Source: Mobula birostris
Taxonomy: Eukaryota
Direction: 5' to 3'
DNA length: 61,396 bases
NCBI RefSeq assembly: GCF_030028105.1
Contig: NC_092376.1
Coordinates: 29,310,009 to 29,371,404 of the forward strand
Both the position numbers and the translations under genes were made by a program. Numbering within the stretch: position 1 is the first letter of the stretch; each line of letters starts with the position of its first letter. The notes beneath the pieces are model-generated. The model was not told the origin of the DNA and made no database searches. It was given only the letters and a program-made list of their open reading frames with translations. Positions 1-12,655 of the stretch are shown piece by piece.

Positions 1-879
1 CTCAAACCTCCGGATTGGTAATGAAACATACGGTATATACCTTGATTATAAATTTACTTTGAACTTTGAAGTTAAGAGTTTTCTTGACACCTCCTCTGAG
101 TCAGGAATTGGCTAAGAGTAGACAAAAATTTGTAATACATATTTGAAATCATTTCTTTAAGAGTTTAGTTTATTCGTAACATCAGGTGCAATAACATAAG
201 TAAGACATTTGAAGTATATTTTATATGATATTCGCCTTTAAATTCCAGCTTAAGTTTAAAACTGCTCTCTGATATTCTAGATTCTTGTTAGGATCTGTTG
301 CTTTTCCACAAATGATTTCCTTGCTTCAATATTCCTAGGCTAAGAGCAACGTAAGAATGCCATGACACGGAAAGAAAGAGAAGTGTCTTTCTTCAGTCAC
401 AGAGAAATGGATGCACGTTAGTAAACCGCGAGAAGACACAGAGGAAATGTGAGCCTTAACCCTCTGAAAGCATTGTTGTCAGTATTGGGGTGAAGAGATG
501 GGTGCATGAAAGTTCATTTTTGGAGGATCAGAAAATTTGAGAAATTCAGTGGGGTTGGTGGGTATTGGTTCTTGTGTTAAAGTCTCAGAAGTTTGCAATA
601 CTGGGTGAAAAGGTACTTTTGCATTGGAATTAAAATTTATAAGTTGCTGTTACTCTCCTTATGCCTTTATTGTACTTCAAGACTTGCTGCACAATAGAAT
701 ACAGACAGCAACAGTTGGACTCAGTTAAAATTCACAATGGGCCAACTGGGAGAATATGAAATAGCCACGTCTAGCAGTGATAAAAGCTTTGAGGGAGGTT
801 TCAAGAGCTTCTGGGCTTGAGCAGGTCGGATACAGGCACTATTAAATGGATGGAAGCAAGAAATCTTTGTGAAAAAAAA

Positions 880-1525
880 TCAGTGCACTCGATGCCACCT
901 CCTCTACTTTGGTGAGATCCGTCATAAATTGGGGGACCGCTTCATCGATCACCTCCGCTCCATCCACCACAAGCAGGGTTTTTGGTGGCCAAACATTTTA
1001 ATTCTGGCTTCCATTCTGTTCCAACTTGTCAATCCATGGCTTCCTCTTTTACCAGGATTAAGCCACCATCAGGGTGGAGGTGCAACACCTTATAGTCCGT
1101 CTGAGTAGCCTTCACCTGTTGCATTAATAGCGATTTCTCCTTCCAGAGAACAAATTCACCCCTCCTTCCTCTATTCCCCATTTTGACCTTTTACTTCTCG
1201 CCTGCCTATAACTACACCCTGAATCCCCTCCTCCTTCCCTTTCTCCTATTACTCACTCTCTTCTCCTATCAGATTCACTCTTCTCCAGCCCTTGATCTTT
1301 CCCACTCACCTGGCTTCACATATCACCCTCCAGCTAGCCTCTTTCCTCTCCCCCCATCTTTTTATTCTGACAGCTTTCCCCTTCCTCCTCAGTCCTGAAG
1401 AAGGGTCTTGGCCTGAAACAATGACTGTTTACTCTTTTCTATAGATGCTGCCTGACTTGTTGAGTTTCTCCACCATCTTGAGTGTGTTGCTTTGGATTTC
1501 CAGCATCTATAGACTTTCTCATGTT
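880..1525 (+). mobile_element. Penelope-like element 3' fragment (GIY-YIG endonuclease remnant plus terminal repeat with hammerhead-like motif)
   Basis: ORF 869..1108 contains CTRCHLLYFGEIRHKLGDRFIDHLRSI (GIY-YIG Y-x-G-E...R..EH pattern). A pyrimidine-rich tail follows, then CAGTCCTGAAGAAGGGTCTTGGCCTGAAAC at 1390. Confidence 0.85.
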
Positions 1526-1807
1526 GGTGAAAAATAACCAGATGTTGTTTAGAAGCTCAATCCAGAGTAATTTAATCAATTGCTATCGAAAATTGTCCTA
1601 TTTACTCTGATGTAATAGCTTGGGAGGACTTTCAACGGCGTTGCAGTTAAAATTCGTGACACTAGTCAAAGACAATGTGTTCAGTTTTCCTAATGTTTAA
1701 GGGAATAAACAATCTCATCTGGAATGGAATTGCAAACACAGAGGAGTGAATGAAAGTGGTAGAGAAATTGAACTTGATTTCTTCAACACAGCTGGCAAGA
1801 AGATGAT

Positions 1808-2230
1808 TTCAAAGTTCAAAAATTTATTATCAGAATACATACATATCACCACATACAACCCTGAGATTCCTTTTCTGTGAGCATTCTTAACAAATCTATA
1901 GAATAGTAACCATCAGGAACTGTTAACCATAAACAAATGGTGCAAATGCAGATACAAATAAATAGCAATAAATAACAAGCATGGAATAACAATATAAGAG
2001 TCCTTAAATGAGTGTAGTTATCCTCTTTTGTTCAACAGCCTGATGGTTGAGGGGCAGTAACTGTTCTTGAAACTGGTGGTGTGAGTCCTGAGGTTCTTGT
2101 ACCTTCTATTTCTACCTGATGGCAGCAGTAAGAAAAGAGCATGGACTGGGTGGTGAGGATCTTTGATGATGGATGCTGCTTTTCTACGGCAATGTTTCAT
2201 GTAGATATGCTCAGTGTTTGGGAGGGTTCA
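1808..2230 (-). mobile_element. Rex1/Babar-type LINE 3' end
   Basis: ORF 2018..2200 reads KAASIIKDPHHPVHALFLLLPSGR..RTHTTSFKNS..TIRLLN, the C-terminal motif also seen in ORF 27064..28026. Tail TTTGAACTTTGAA on the minus strand. Confidence 0.85.
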
Positions 2231-2499
2231 TGATTTCATGTCACTGAATGATTTATTAAGGGGTACATGTTGATGAAGAAGTGAAGTGGATAGGCACAAA
2301 TATAAAGGCCCAAGGATCTGATGGATGTAAATGAGATTAATATAGACATGGTGGCCTGAAGTGTCTACTTCCATGCTGTATGACTCTTTTGTTTCTATGG
2401 GCTACAGGAAGATCTGTAGGAGACCTTGGAGGTAACTGTATTGAGAACCAACTGTCATGTTCTGGCCACATTTGAATTGAGAAGTAGTTGTCCATACAG

Positions 2500-2622
2500 G
2501 AGCAGATTGCCAGGCCTTTCTTCCATGCAGATACTACTGCCGACAAGGTTGGGACCCAGCCGGATTTGAACTCAGGACCATCCACCTCAAAGTCTAGTGC
2601 TGATGCCACTACACCACCGGCC
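2500..2622 (-). mobile_element. tRNA-derived SINE head
   Basis: Minus strand reads GGCCGGTGGTGTAGTGG (A box) ... GAGTTCAAATCC (B box). A related copy lies at 36930-37141. Confidence 0.7.
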
Positions 2623-3009
2623 AGTCCACTAAACCATACGATGGTGATAAAGGAGGCATGAGGTGGTAAAGCATTCAAGGAAGGGGCCAGAAAGGGAGGT
2701 GTCAGTAAAGGGAATGAAGATTCAAATATTAAGGAGGAATTATGGATTGCATGTGATACTGAAGATATTTCTGAGGAGAAGTAGAGATCATAGATCATGC
2801 TGGCTACCAGAGATTATGCTGGTATTTGAGATTGTAGCTTCCTTATTAGGTGTACATGTTAACACCACAATATTTTGATGGATGTGAAAGTTGTCAGAGT
2901 TGTAACCATTCATAAACGTTATCAATGGGAAAGAGAGAAGCTAACATTTCCTCTAACTAATGGATGAATCATGCTACCACAGGTAGCAAATTATTTTGCA
3001 AGCAGTCAA

Positions 3010-3550
3010 ATCCCAGGACACTTTACCCCAGGAAAGACTACCATGACCATGAAGCCTTGCGTGGGCACCTGTGTGCGCATGTGCATACGTGCCAATTTTC
3101 TTCGGTTTTGCCTTCGTCTTCCCGACTACACTGTACATACATTATTTCTACTTTATATAGGCTGTGTATTTATCATATCATTCCTGCTTTTACTATATGT
3201 TAGTGTTATTTTTGGTTTTATGTGTTATTTGGTATGATACGGTAGGTTGTTTTTTTGAGTCTGGGAACGCTCAAAAATTTTTCCCATATAAATTAATGGT
3301 AATTGCTTCTTCGCTTTACGCCATTTCAGCACACAAGGTTTCATAGGAATGCTCTACCTTAGCGTGGGAAATACGGGACAAGGGCGGTTCCATATGGGAC
3401 AAACCAATTTAGCCCAATATACGGGATGTCCCGGCAAATACGGGACAGTTGGCAACCCTATGTTCAAGTTCAACAGTGCGTGACAGGGAACGAGGAAAGG
3501 TGCAGCTGACTCATATCGTTTCCTCGCGGCCCAGTGGTTGGGGACCGCTG
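3010..3550 (-). mobile_element. Composite non-autonomous DNA transposon (hAT-Charlie-like end + hAT-Blackjack-like end + Tigger end)
   Basis: Minus strand begins CAGCGGTCCCCAACC at 3550 and contains TAGGGTTGCCAACTGTCCCG at 3460. The 3125-3370 segment matches the terminal region of the Tigger element at 40999. Confidence 0.7.
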
Positions 3551-3706
3551 TCCTTGAGGACAGTTACTGCATTCATAACCACACTCATCTTTATCTTCCT
3601 CAAATATCAGATCTAATCTATTTTTTAAAATTCTTCTAACACTAGATAAAACTTGTTTTTATAAATGTCAGGACATGGGTCTAAATATCACATTCCATAA
3701 CTCCTA

Positions 3707-3940
3707 CACAAGAGATTCTGCTGATGCAGGAAATCCAGAATAACACACACAAAATGGTGGAGGAACTCAGCAGGTCAGGCAGCATTTATGGAAGGGTAAT
3801 GATTCGGGCCAAGACCTTGCATCAGGGCTGAAACGGAAGAGGGAAAGAAGCCAGAATAAGAAGGTGGTGGGAGGAGAAGGAGTACAAGCTGGCAGGTGAT
3901 AGGTGAAGCCAGGTGAGGGGGAATGTGGTGAGTGGGAGGC
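3707..3940 (-). mobile_element. Penelope-derived terminal repeat fragment
   Basis: Reverse complement of the 1290-1525 tail, with a degenerate CTGATG..GGCCCGAA motif. Confidence 0.75.
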
Positions 3941-4319
3941 TCCATAATTTCTGATGTTGAACGATGGTAAGCTGTAATTTTTACATAGTCACTAAAGACA
4001 GCATGAGAGGGAAGGAATATTGTCTATTATTAAATGTGTAGCAATACTATTAGTGTCAGAAATGATATATAATAACAGAGGTTATGTCATATAGTCAAGG
4101 AGAAAGCTATGATGTTTGGAATAGTTTACACTGAGCTTAGAGAACATTAAAGTGGGAAAAATCCCTTTGTTCTCATTTGAGACACCTATCTGTACCAGGA
4201 AACCAAACCTCAGAGTTTGCAATAATTAAAAGATTTAGTTCTGGCTTATTGCAGCTGTAGTATTTTGCTTTGATATTGTTTCTGGTTGTCTTCTTTCGGA
4301 GTTCATTTTTCTTTCATTT

Positions 4320-4930
4320 ACTCATTCACCGATTGTGGACATTATTGGCAATGCTGACGTCCATTATTCAACCTCAGCTGCCTCTGAGGCAGTTCAGAGT
4401 TCGCCACATTGGTGGGCCTAAAGTCACATATTGTATCTCATGTCTTATATTAACACACAAGAAGGCTATTTAGTCCATCAGGTCTATGCTAGCTCACAGG
4501 CAAACAATTCCTTCACTCCCATTCCCAGTCTTTCTATTCTCTCCTGCAGAAGACCATCGATCCCCCTTTTCATTAAAGTAGTCTATTAACCAACTAACGT
4601 GATTTTGGGATGTGGGAGGAAACTGGAGCATCCAGAAAAAATACACGTGGCTCATGGAAAGAATCTATAAACTCCACACCTATGGCGCATGTTGTCAGAT
4701 CAAACCCATGTCCTTGGGGCTGTGAGACACTATATCAGACCAGTATAGAAAAAAGATATTAATGCACCAAATGGGGTTTTATGATAATCCAGTAGTTTCA
4801 TGAATAACACATTGTGACAAGCCATCTTACTCCACAATTTTAAATTTCCCAGACCCTGCAGGTGAGATTTGAAACATCTATGAATGAATGGTATGAACCT
4901 TTAGCTGCTGGTTTAGGAACAAACTATGCT
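4320..4930 (-). mobile_element. Old SINE remnants (Deu/SacSINE-like, interrupted by an HE1/V-type SINE fragment at about 4455-4730)
   Basis: GGATGTGGGAGGAAACTGGAGCATCC is the reverse of the SINE core at 20650 and 22320. The flanks resemble chondrichthyan SINE tail and core sequence (from recall). Confidence 0.5.
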
Positions 4931-5244
4931 ACGTAACTAAGAAAAAAAATGCACCATTCAAAGCAACAGATTTGAGTTGAAAGAATTTGCATACAGTAGA
5001 TTAATGATCTTTGATTAATCATGTTAATAAATGTTTGCTGTTTCCCTCCTGAGCAGATGATAATCTTAATTTAAATTGTGAAAATGAAATTATTCCACTT
5101 AGCTAACTGCCATCTTTGAGTCAACCTTTTCAGTAATAATTTAATGCACAATAGTGCTTCCTAAAAATAACCCATTTAACTTCCACTCAAAAGACTATTA
5201 GATAACCTCAGGATGTCTGTTGGAAGAGCCCCTTGAGCCATTTT

Positions 5245-6145
5245 GCCAATAAAAGGCAGCTGTGGGGCTGGGGCCCATCACCAACAACGACGAGACACCT
5301 ACAGAGAGAAGGTGGAAGGGCTCGAGGCCTGGTGCCAGGCGAATAACCTCTTCCACACGTCAGCAAGCCAAGAAACTTGCACCGCTCATGCCCCTCTTTA
5401 AATCGAAAGCATAGCAGTGGAAACTGCAAGCAGTTTCTAAACTCCTGGGAGTGCACATCTTTCACAAGTTCTCATTGTCCCTGAACACATTCTTCACAGG
5501 CAGAAAAGCTCACCAAAGATTTTACTTTCTGAAGAGAGTTGGACATTGAACAACAATACTCATGACTTTCTACAGATAGGCATTTGAGAGCATCCTAATA
5601 TGCTGCATCACTGTGTGGTACAGAAAACTGCACTGCAACACACAGGAGGGCTCTAAAACAGGTAGTTAAAACTGCCCGATGTATCACTGACACAAGCCTA
5701 CCTGCCATCAAAGACTTATACAGAGAGAAAGGTGCCATATCACGAAGGATCCCACCCACCCTGCTCTGTTTGTCCCACTCCCATCAGCGAGGAGGCTACG
5801 CAGCATCCGCGCCAGGACCACCAGGATCAAAAACAATTACTTTCCCCAAGCTGTCGGGCTGATCAACACTTCGACACATTAGCCCACCCCACCAACAGTA
5901 CTTTATCTTTTCCTGTCAGTCACTTTATGTTCAGATACTCCTGCACCTAGCATCACTTTATGTACATACAGTCAGTTTATGCATATAAGCTAATCTTATG
6001 TATTTATATTTAATGTGTTTTTGATTGTGTCTTTATGCTTATTGTGTTTTTTTAATGCTGCATCAGATCCGGAGTAACGATCATTTGGTTTCTCCTTTAC
6101 ACTTGTGTACTGAAGAATAACAATAAACGATCCTGAATCTTGAAT
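5245..6145 (+). mobile_element. Degenerate Rex1/Babar-type LINE 3' part
   Basis: Frameshifted RT C-terminal motifs (ESIL..CITVWY; LPS.RR.RSIRARTTRIKNNYFP). Ends with AATAAA and a TCTTGAA-type tail. Confidence 0.75.
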
Positions 6146-7249
6146 GCTGGGGTGGGAACTGCCAAATAGGTGTTTCAGACAGGTATTGGAGCTATGAGTG
6201 TTCAAATCTACGTCAGTGACTTGAATTCAGATATGAAAGGTAAGTTGGTCAAATCAGCAAGGAACAGCAAACTAAGAGAGCTATGATACTGCAGGAGGTG
6301 CCTCAGAATCTACGGAATGAATTAGACTAAATATTTAAGTGCCATATAAACTTAAGAACAGACAACGTGGCCACATTGAACTACTTTGATCAAATTGAAT
6401 CTTGAATATTGTGGCTAGATTTATTAGTTGAGCATCAAAAGTGTCCTTCAAGCATCGAGATTAACTCTGTCCTCTTGGGCCACATATCTGATCACGAAGA
6501 AATAACAAGGTCTAGAAATTCTTCTGCACCTGGAAGGTTCCTGTTAACGTAGCAACGTGAGACGGTCCAAATGGAGTCTGTCTGGATGACATGCTGCTCC
6601 AAATGTCTCCAGCGCCCAAGGAATTTGGTGATGGAGAGTAGACTTTGTTTGCTTTTCTTTGCATATGCTATCATTGCAGAGTCTACGTGATAACAGGAAT
6701 GGCTCTCAGCCACATTGCTGAGGGGAGAGTGGGAAGAGATGTCTAGGTAATAGGAAAAGAGTGATGATTGAGGTTTAAGTTGAAAGGCAAACAGAGCCTC
6801 AAAGTCTGGATTGTGTCATTGGACTCCATCACAATTTGCTATTCATGTAGTCCATGTAGCCTTGGGTAGTGAATTGTACCTTCAGAGTCAGCTGGGGGTT
6901 AGCAATCAGAAAAGTGGATAAGATTGGACTAGTGAACAGAGGTGAGGGTTCATGTGGCAAGCAATAACTAGCTTTCAGATTGGAATAGGAAATGTTACAA
7001 ATACATTGTGCTGTTGCACAGAAGAAAATGTATGGCTTAGATTTTTCATCCCTTGAGCAAGAGTTAGATGCTGAATTTTGGGGCTAAGATATTTTTAGAT
7101 GGTTGAGTTAGTAAGTGATAATTGTCCCTTGTGAAACATTCAGCTAGAGCATGCTACCAGCAGTGACCTGCTTGTGCTCACTAATGTATGGACGTTTGGT
7201 ACTAACTTGCTGCCTGAGGTTGTCCCAATTCTCAGCGGCGAGGCTCTGT

Positions 7250-8335
7250 GTAGTCATAGTCATAGTCATACTTTATTGATCCCAGAGGGAAATTGGTTTT
7301 CATTGCAGTTGAACCATAAATAATAAATAGCCATAGAACCATAAATAGTTAAATAGTAATATGTAAATTATGCCAGTAAATTATGAAATAAGTCCAGGAC
7401 CAGCCTATTGGCTCAGGGTGTATGACCCTCCAAGGGAGGAGTTGTAATGTTTGATGGCCACAGGCAGGAATGACATCCTATGACGCTCTGTGCTGCATCT
7501 TGGAGGAATGAGTCTCTGGCTGAATGTACTCCTGTGCCCACCCAGTACATTATGTAGTGGATGGGAGACATTGTCCAAGATGGCATGCAACTTAGACAGC
7601 ATCCTCTTTTCAGACACCACCGTGAGAGAGTCCAGTTCCATCCCCACAACATCGCTGGCCTTACGAATAAGTTTGTCGATTCTGTTGGTGTCTGCTACCC
7701 TCAGCCTGCTGCCCCAGTACACAACAGCAAACATGATAGCACTGGCCACCACAGACTCGTAGAACATCCTCAGCATCGTCCGGCAGATGTTAAAGGACCT
7801 CAGTCTCCTCAGGAAGTAGAGACGGCTCTGACCCTTCTTGTAGACAGCCTCAGTGTTCTTTGACCAGTCCAGTTTATTGTCAATTCGTATCCCCAGGTAT
7901 TTGTAATCCTCCCACCAGCTCCTTAGTCTTTTTCACATTAAGCTGCAGATAGTTCTGCTCACACCATGTGACAAAGTTTCCTACCGTAGCCCTGTACTCA
8001 GCCTCATCTCCCTTGCTGATGCCTCCAACTATGGTAGAGTCATCCGAAAACTTCTGAAGATGACAAGACTCTGTGCAGGAGTTGAAGTCCGAGGTGTAAA
8101 TGGTGAAGAGAAAGGGAGACAAGACAGTCCCTTGTGGAGCTCCAGTGCTGCTGATCACTCTGTCGGGCACACAGTGTTGCAAGCACACGTACTGTGGTCT
8201 GCCAGTCAGGTAATCAGGAATCCATGACACCAGGGGAGCATCCACCTGCATCGCTGTCAGCTTCTCCCCCAGCAGAGCAGGGCGGATGGTGTTGAACGCA
8301 CTGGAGAAGTCAAAAAACATGACCCTCACAGCAGA
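7250..8335 (-). mobile_element. Rex1/Babar-type LINE, 5'-truncated, RT domain
   Basis: ORF 7880..8383 has [28 protein letters not shown] and KFSDD. ORF 7405..7776 is the C-terminus. (ACTATG)n tail at 7250-7270. Confidence 0.92.
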
Positions 8336-9284
8336 ACAGGCTACTTCCACAAGATACCTGAACAAAATCCAATTAAATCGCAATCTTGGTTTGGTCAGCT
8401 GTCAGATATATTAATGATTAAGAACACCTTTGAACTTTCCTGACTTTTAGAAATATTTAAAAGCTATTAATCTCAATGAAGCAATTAAATAATTTTAGAA
8501 ATATTAAAGATTTCCAAAGTCAAATTTAAAATATTTAACACTACTATGAAATAATTCAAAATGTTTAGTTAAACTCAATTAACTTGAAAGATGTATATTC
8601 CCTTACACTTTTTTAACTCACACTCATTCCTCTCCATTGAATCGAATAGGCACAATACCCTAATACCAGGTAATGTCTGACTTGGTCCTTGCATGGATAC
8701 CCAAGCAGAAGTGCTTGGGAATTGCACAATGCTTCCGTTCCATGACTGAAATGGATGTTCTCAGGCTGGGGCATGAATGTCATCTCCAGCAAAATCCATG
8801 GGTCACCACTGACCATAAGCCCAACTGCACCAGCCACAGTGCCTTTGAGAGCAGGTTGGAATCTTTGTGACCATCCAGAGCCTTCGACCATTTATATGGC
8901 ACATTATGGAATATCCTGTACTTTCCTGAATAGATGCAACTCCAACAACTTCCATGAAGGTTAAAACTGCCCACCAGAATGGTATCTATCTACCAGCTGA
9001 AAGAACGATTTGATATCAAGATGCAAATACAGCTGCACAATCTATGAAATGCACTTTAATTATTTGTCTTAGCTATGCCAGCATCACCTTCCAAACCACC
9101 CGTACCTGTCATCGAGAAGTGAAGGGCTTTCAAACACATTCCAATTCATATATTGTCCTGATTTAGAAATATCAAAGTCAAGAGTAAATTATATGTCACC
9201 ATAATCATCTAAGGTTAATTTTCTTGCATGCATTCATAGTTGAATAAATAAATACAATAGAAAAAACTACATTCAATAAGAACA

Positions 9285-9489
9285 TTCAATATCTACAACT
9301 GGTATCATTCCAAAGGCACTACACAATAGCATTAAACAATTAGGGTTACACAGTAATATCTATGTAAATCTCCAGAAAGCAACAATACTAAACACCACTA
9401 GAAAAGTCTGGAAGTTCCTAGCGATTGTCAAATGAGTGTGCTTGGCTATGCCTGTACCTCAGGTTTTACCAGCTTGAGCTGAAAAAAAA
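9285..9489 (+). mobile_element. R4/Dong-clade retrotransposon 3' end (first, short copy)
   Basis: Closely parallels 12175-12370 (ATATCTACAACT...AAATCTCCAGAAAGC...CCTCAGGTTTTACCAGCTT.AGCTGA). Confidence 0.8.
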
Positions 9490-12410
9490 CTCAATATATT
9501 TACAGAAGAGCAGAAAGGATGCCATAAGGGTATGGAAGGATGTAAAAAAACAACTGATAATAGACTTTGTAATTCTAAATCAAGCCCAGCAGAAAAGTAG
9601 AAATCTTTTATGTTGTTATATTGATGACTAAAACACATTTAATTCTGTCCCACGTTCATGGTTAATATAAGTTCTTAATATATATATAAACTACACCCGA
9701 CACCTGTGAAATTACTTCAGCATCTGATGAAGCATTTGCATACTGTAATCACCCTATTTATTAATAACCACCATTATCAAAATAAACAGACACATTTTTC
9801 AGGGCGACTCTTTTAAGCCCACTGTGGTTTTGTCTAGCTTTAAACTCACTATCTAATTTACTGCATTGGATGAAAATTGGGTAGCAAATCAGAAATCACC
9901 AAACTGCAGATGATATGAAGAAAGGTGGAGGAGCAGGTGGTTTTGAAGAATTAGAGAGGCTACAGAAGGACTTAGGCAGGTTAGGAGAATGGGCAAAGAA
10001 ATGGCAGATGGAATACAGTGTCGGGAAGTGTATGGTCATGCACTTTGGTAGAAGAAAAGAAAAGGTTGAGTATTTTCTAAATGGAAAGAAAATACAAAAA
10101 TCTGAGATGCAAAGAAACTTGGGAGACCTTGTGCAGGATTTCTGAAAAGTTGAATTGCAGGTTGAGTCTGTGGTGACGAAGGCAAATGCAATGTTAGCAT
10201 TCATTTCAAGAGGACTGGAAATTAAAAAGCAAAGATGTATTGTTGAGACTTTATAAAGCACTAGTGAGGCCTCACTTGGAGTATTGTGAGCAGTTTTGGG
10301 TCCCTTATCTTAGAAAGGATGTGCTGAAATTGGAGAGGGTTCAAAGGATGTTCACGAATATGATGTTAGGTTTGAATGGCTTGTCATATGAAAGTGTTCA
10401 ATGACTCAGGGCCTGTATTCTCTGGCATTCAGAAGAATGAGGGGTGACCTAATTGAAGCCTATCAAATGGTGAAAGGCCTTGATACAGAGGATGCGGAGA
10501 GGATGGTTCCCATGGTGGGACAGTCTAAGACACAGAGGACACAGCTTCAGAATAGAGGGCTGTCCTTTTAGAATGGAGATGAGGAGGAATTTCTTTAGCC
10601 ACAGATGGAGAATCTATGGAATTCACTGCCACAGGCAGCTGTGGAGGCCAAGTCTTTATGTATATTTAAGTCAAAGATTGATAGATTATTGATTGGTTAG
10701 GGTATGAAGTGATACAGGGAGGTGGGGGAAGGCAGGAGATTACAGCTGAGGAAAATAGATCAGCCATGTTGAAATGGTGGAGCAGTCTTGATGGGCCAAA
10801 TGGCCTAATTCTGCTCCTATATCTTATGGACTGATGGTTTTATGGAATTATACCTTGACACTCCTATATATGGATGACTTGAAATTATATGCTCCTTCAT
10901 CAGTAAAGCTAAAATAGTTAATTCAAAAGTAGAACTATTTTCTAAAGATATATACATGAACTTTGGACTAGATAAATGTAGAATATTAATCATCAAGAAA
11001 GGTGTAATGGAGCTAATAGAGTACAAAACAGTGCAGCAGGATACAATACAACCAATGGGTGAATATGAAACATATAGGCATTTGGAATATCAGCAAAGAA
11101 AATAGTTCATAATGTGATAAGGGAAAACCTTTAACAGATTTTACTTCAAGAGCTAAGAAAATCTGCTAAACAGAGCTCAATAGTAAAAATATAACAAAGG
11201 CAATAAGCACTTTTGGTATACTCATATTAACATATTCTTTCGGTGTAATATCTTGGTCCAAAACTAATTTGAAAATTTATGAAGGAAAATAAGAACTGAA
11301 AATGATAACTTTTAGGAAACACTATATACACTCAAACACTCTTAGATTAACATGACTTAGCACAGAAGAATGAAGAGGAATAACAGACATAAAAAATTTA
11401 CACAACAATCAGATAAAACTTCTAAGGATATATTTTTAACACGTGAGTATATGCAATTCTGATAAGAAGTTCACACTACTACACTTAAATGATCGCATAA
11501 CACAGAAAAATGAAGACATTATCACTAAAGAAGCAAAAGTTGACCAATGGAAGAGCATGACCCTCCATGGAAGACATCCCCACGATTTGAGCAGATTCGA
11601 TGTTGACAAGGAAGCATTGAATGCCTGGCTCGAATTTGGAGACCTCTTCCCAGAAACAGAGAGGTTCCTTGCAGCAATACAGGACCAGGCGGTTAACACA
11701 AAAAATTATTATAAGACAAACAAATTCAAGACAATAAATGCAGAAAATGCCAAAAACAAGCAGAAATAATCCAACACATTACAGGATCCTGCAGCAGTTT
11801 AATGCAATCTGATTAGTTACACAGTCACAATCAAGTGGCAGACATTATCCACAAATATCTGGCTTTAAAATGTAAACTCTTAAAAGAACCATACCTTACC
11901 ATACATACAAGCCTGATCCAGTTTTAGAGTCAGAGTTCCACAGATTATATTATAGCCGATCAATTATTACAGATAGGACAATCCACAATTACTGTCTGGA
12001 TATAATAATACAGGATAAACAAGCAGGAACAACTTACTTAATAGATATAGCTATCTCAATCACACCCATAACACACAGAAATCAATAAGTGAAAAACACC
12101 AGAAATATGCTGAATCAAAAGAGGAAATTGAAAGAATATGGAACATGAACAAGGTATACATTGTCCTGATAGTAATATCTACAACTCGTGTCTTCCCAAA
12201 GTTACTACACAATAGCACTAAACAATTGGGCCACACAGCAATATTTACGTAAATCTCCAGAAAGCCTCAAAACTAGACACCACTAGAATAGTTCAAAAGT
12301 TCATAGCAATTGAGAAATGGGCGTGCTTGCCTATGCCCGGACCTCAGGTTTTACCAGCTTCAGCTGAGAAGGAAATAAAAATACAACAGTAATCATAATA
12401 ATAATAATAA
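9490..12410 (+). mobile_element. R4/Dong-clade non-LTR retrotransposon (RT + CCHC + restriction-like endonuclease), degraded and split by a CR1
   Basis: Manual translation gives EEQKGC..KQLIID, IFQGDS.SPLWFCLALN, LLYMDDLKLYA, FGLDKC, PETERFLAAIQDQ, CRKC..QHITGSC, HNQVA.IIH, DRTIHN..DII and LIDIAI. Ends in a (TAA)n run at about 12395-12410. Confidence 0.88.
9900..10840 (+). mobile_element. CR1 LINE 3' fragment inserted in the R4 element
   Basis: ORF 9915..10145 has LQKDLGRLGEWAKKWQMEYSVGKCMVMHFG. Also LVRPHLEYC and the 3' UTR GATGGGCCAAATGGCCTAATTCTGCTCCTAT. Confidence 0.92.
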
Positions 12411-12496
12411 GCAAGTAAGTAAATAATACTGAGAATATGGAGATTTAGAGTCCTTGGAAGTGAGTCCATAGGTTGCGGAATCAATCCAGTGTTGAT

Positions 12497-12655
12497 ATAA
12501 TCACAGGATCTAAATCCTAGAACATTCTCTTCACAAAGAAGGACTGCAGTGATTCAAGAAGATACCTAACCATTAACTTCTCAACGGCGTTCAGAGATGG
12601 GGAACAAATGCTGGCCTTACCAATAGTAACGAGATCCTACTAAGTTAATTAAAAT
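12497..12655 (+). mobile_element. HER1-like LINE 3' tail, right half (left half at about 9070-9172)
   Basis: GGACTGCAGTGATTCAAGAAG...CTTCTCAA...GATGGGGAACAAATGCTGGCC resembles the chondrichthyan HER1/HE1 3' tail (from recall). Confidence 0.55.

Noticed and set aside
339-448. AG...GTGAG-bounded segment with an in-frame TGA (possible selenocysteine exon)
   Set aside because: No recognisable homology or SECIS element. Stops occur in all frames and chance is sufficient.
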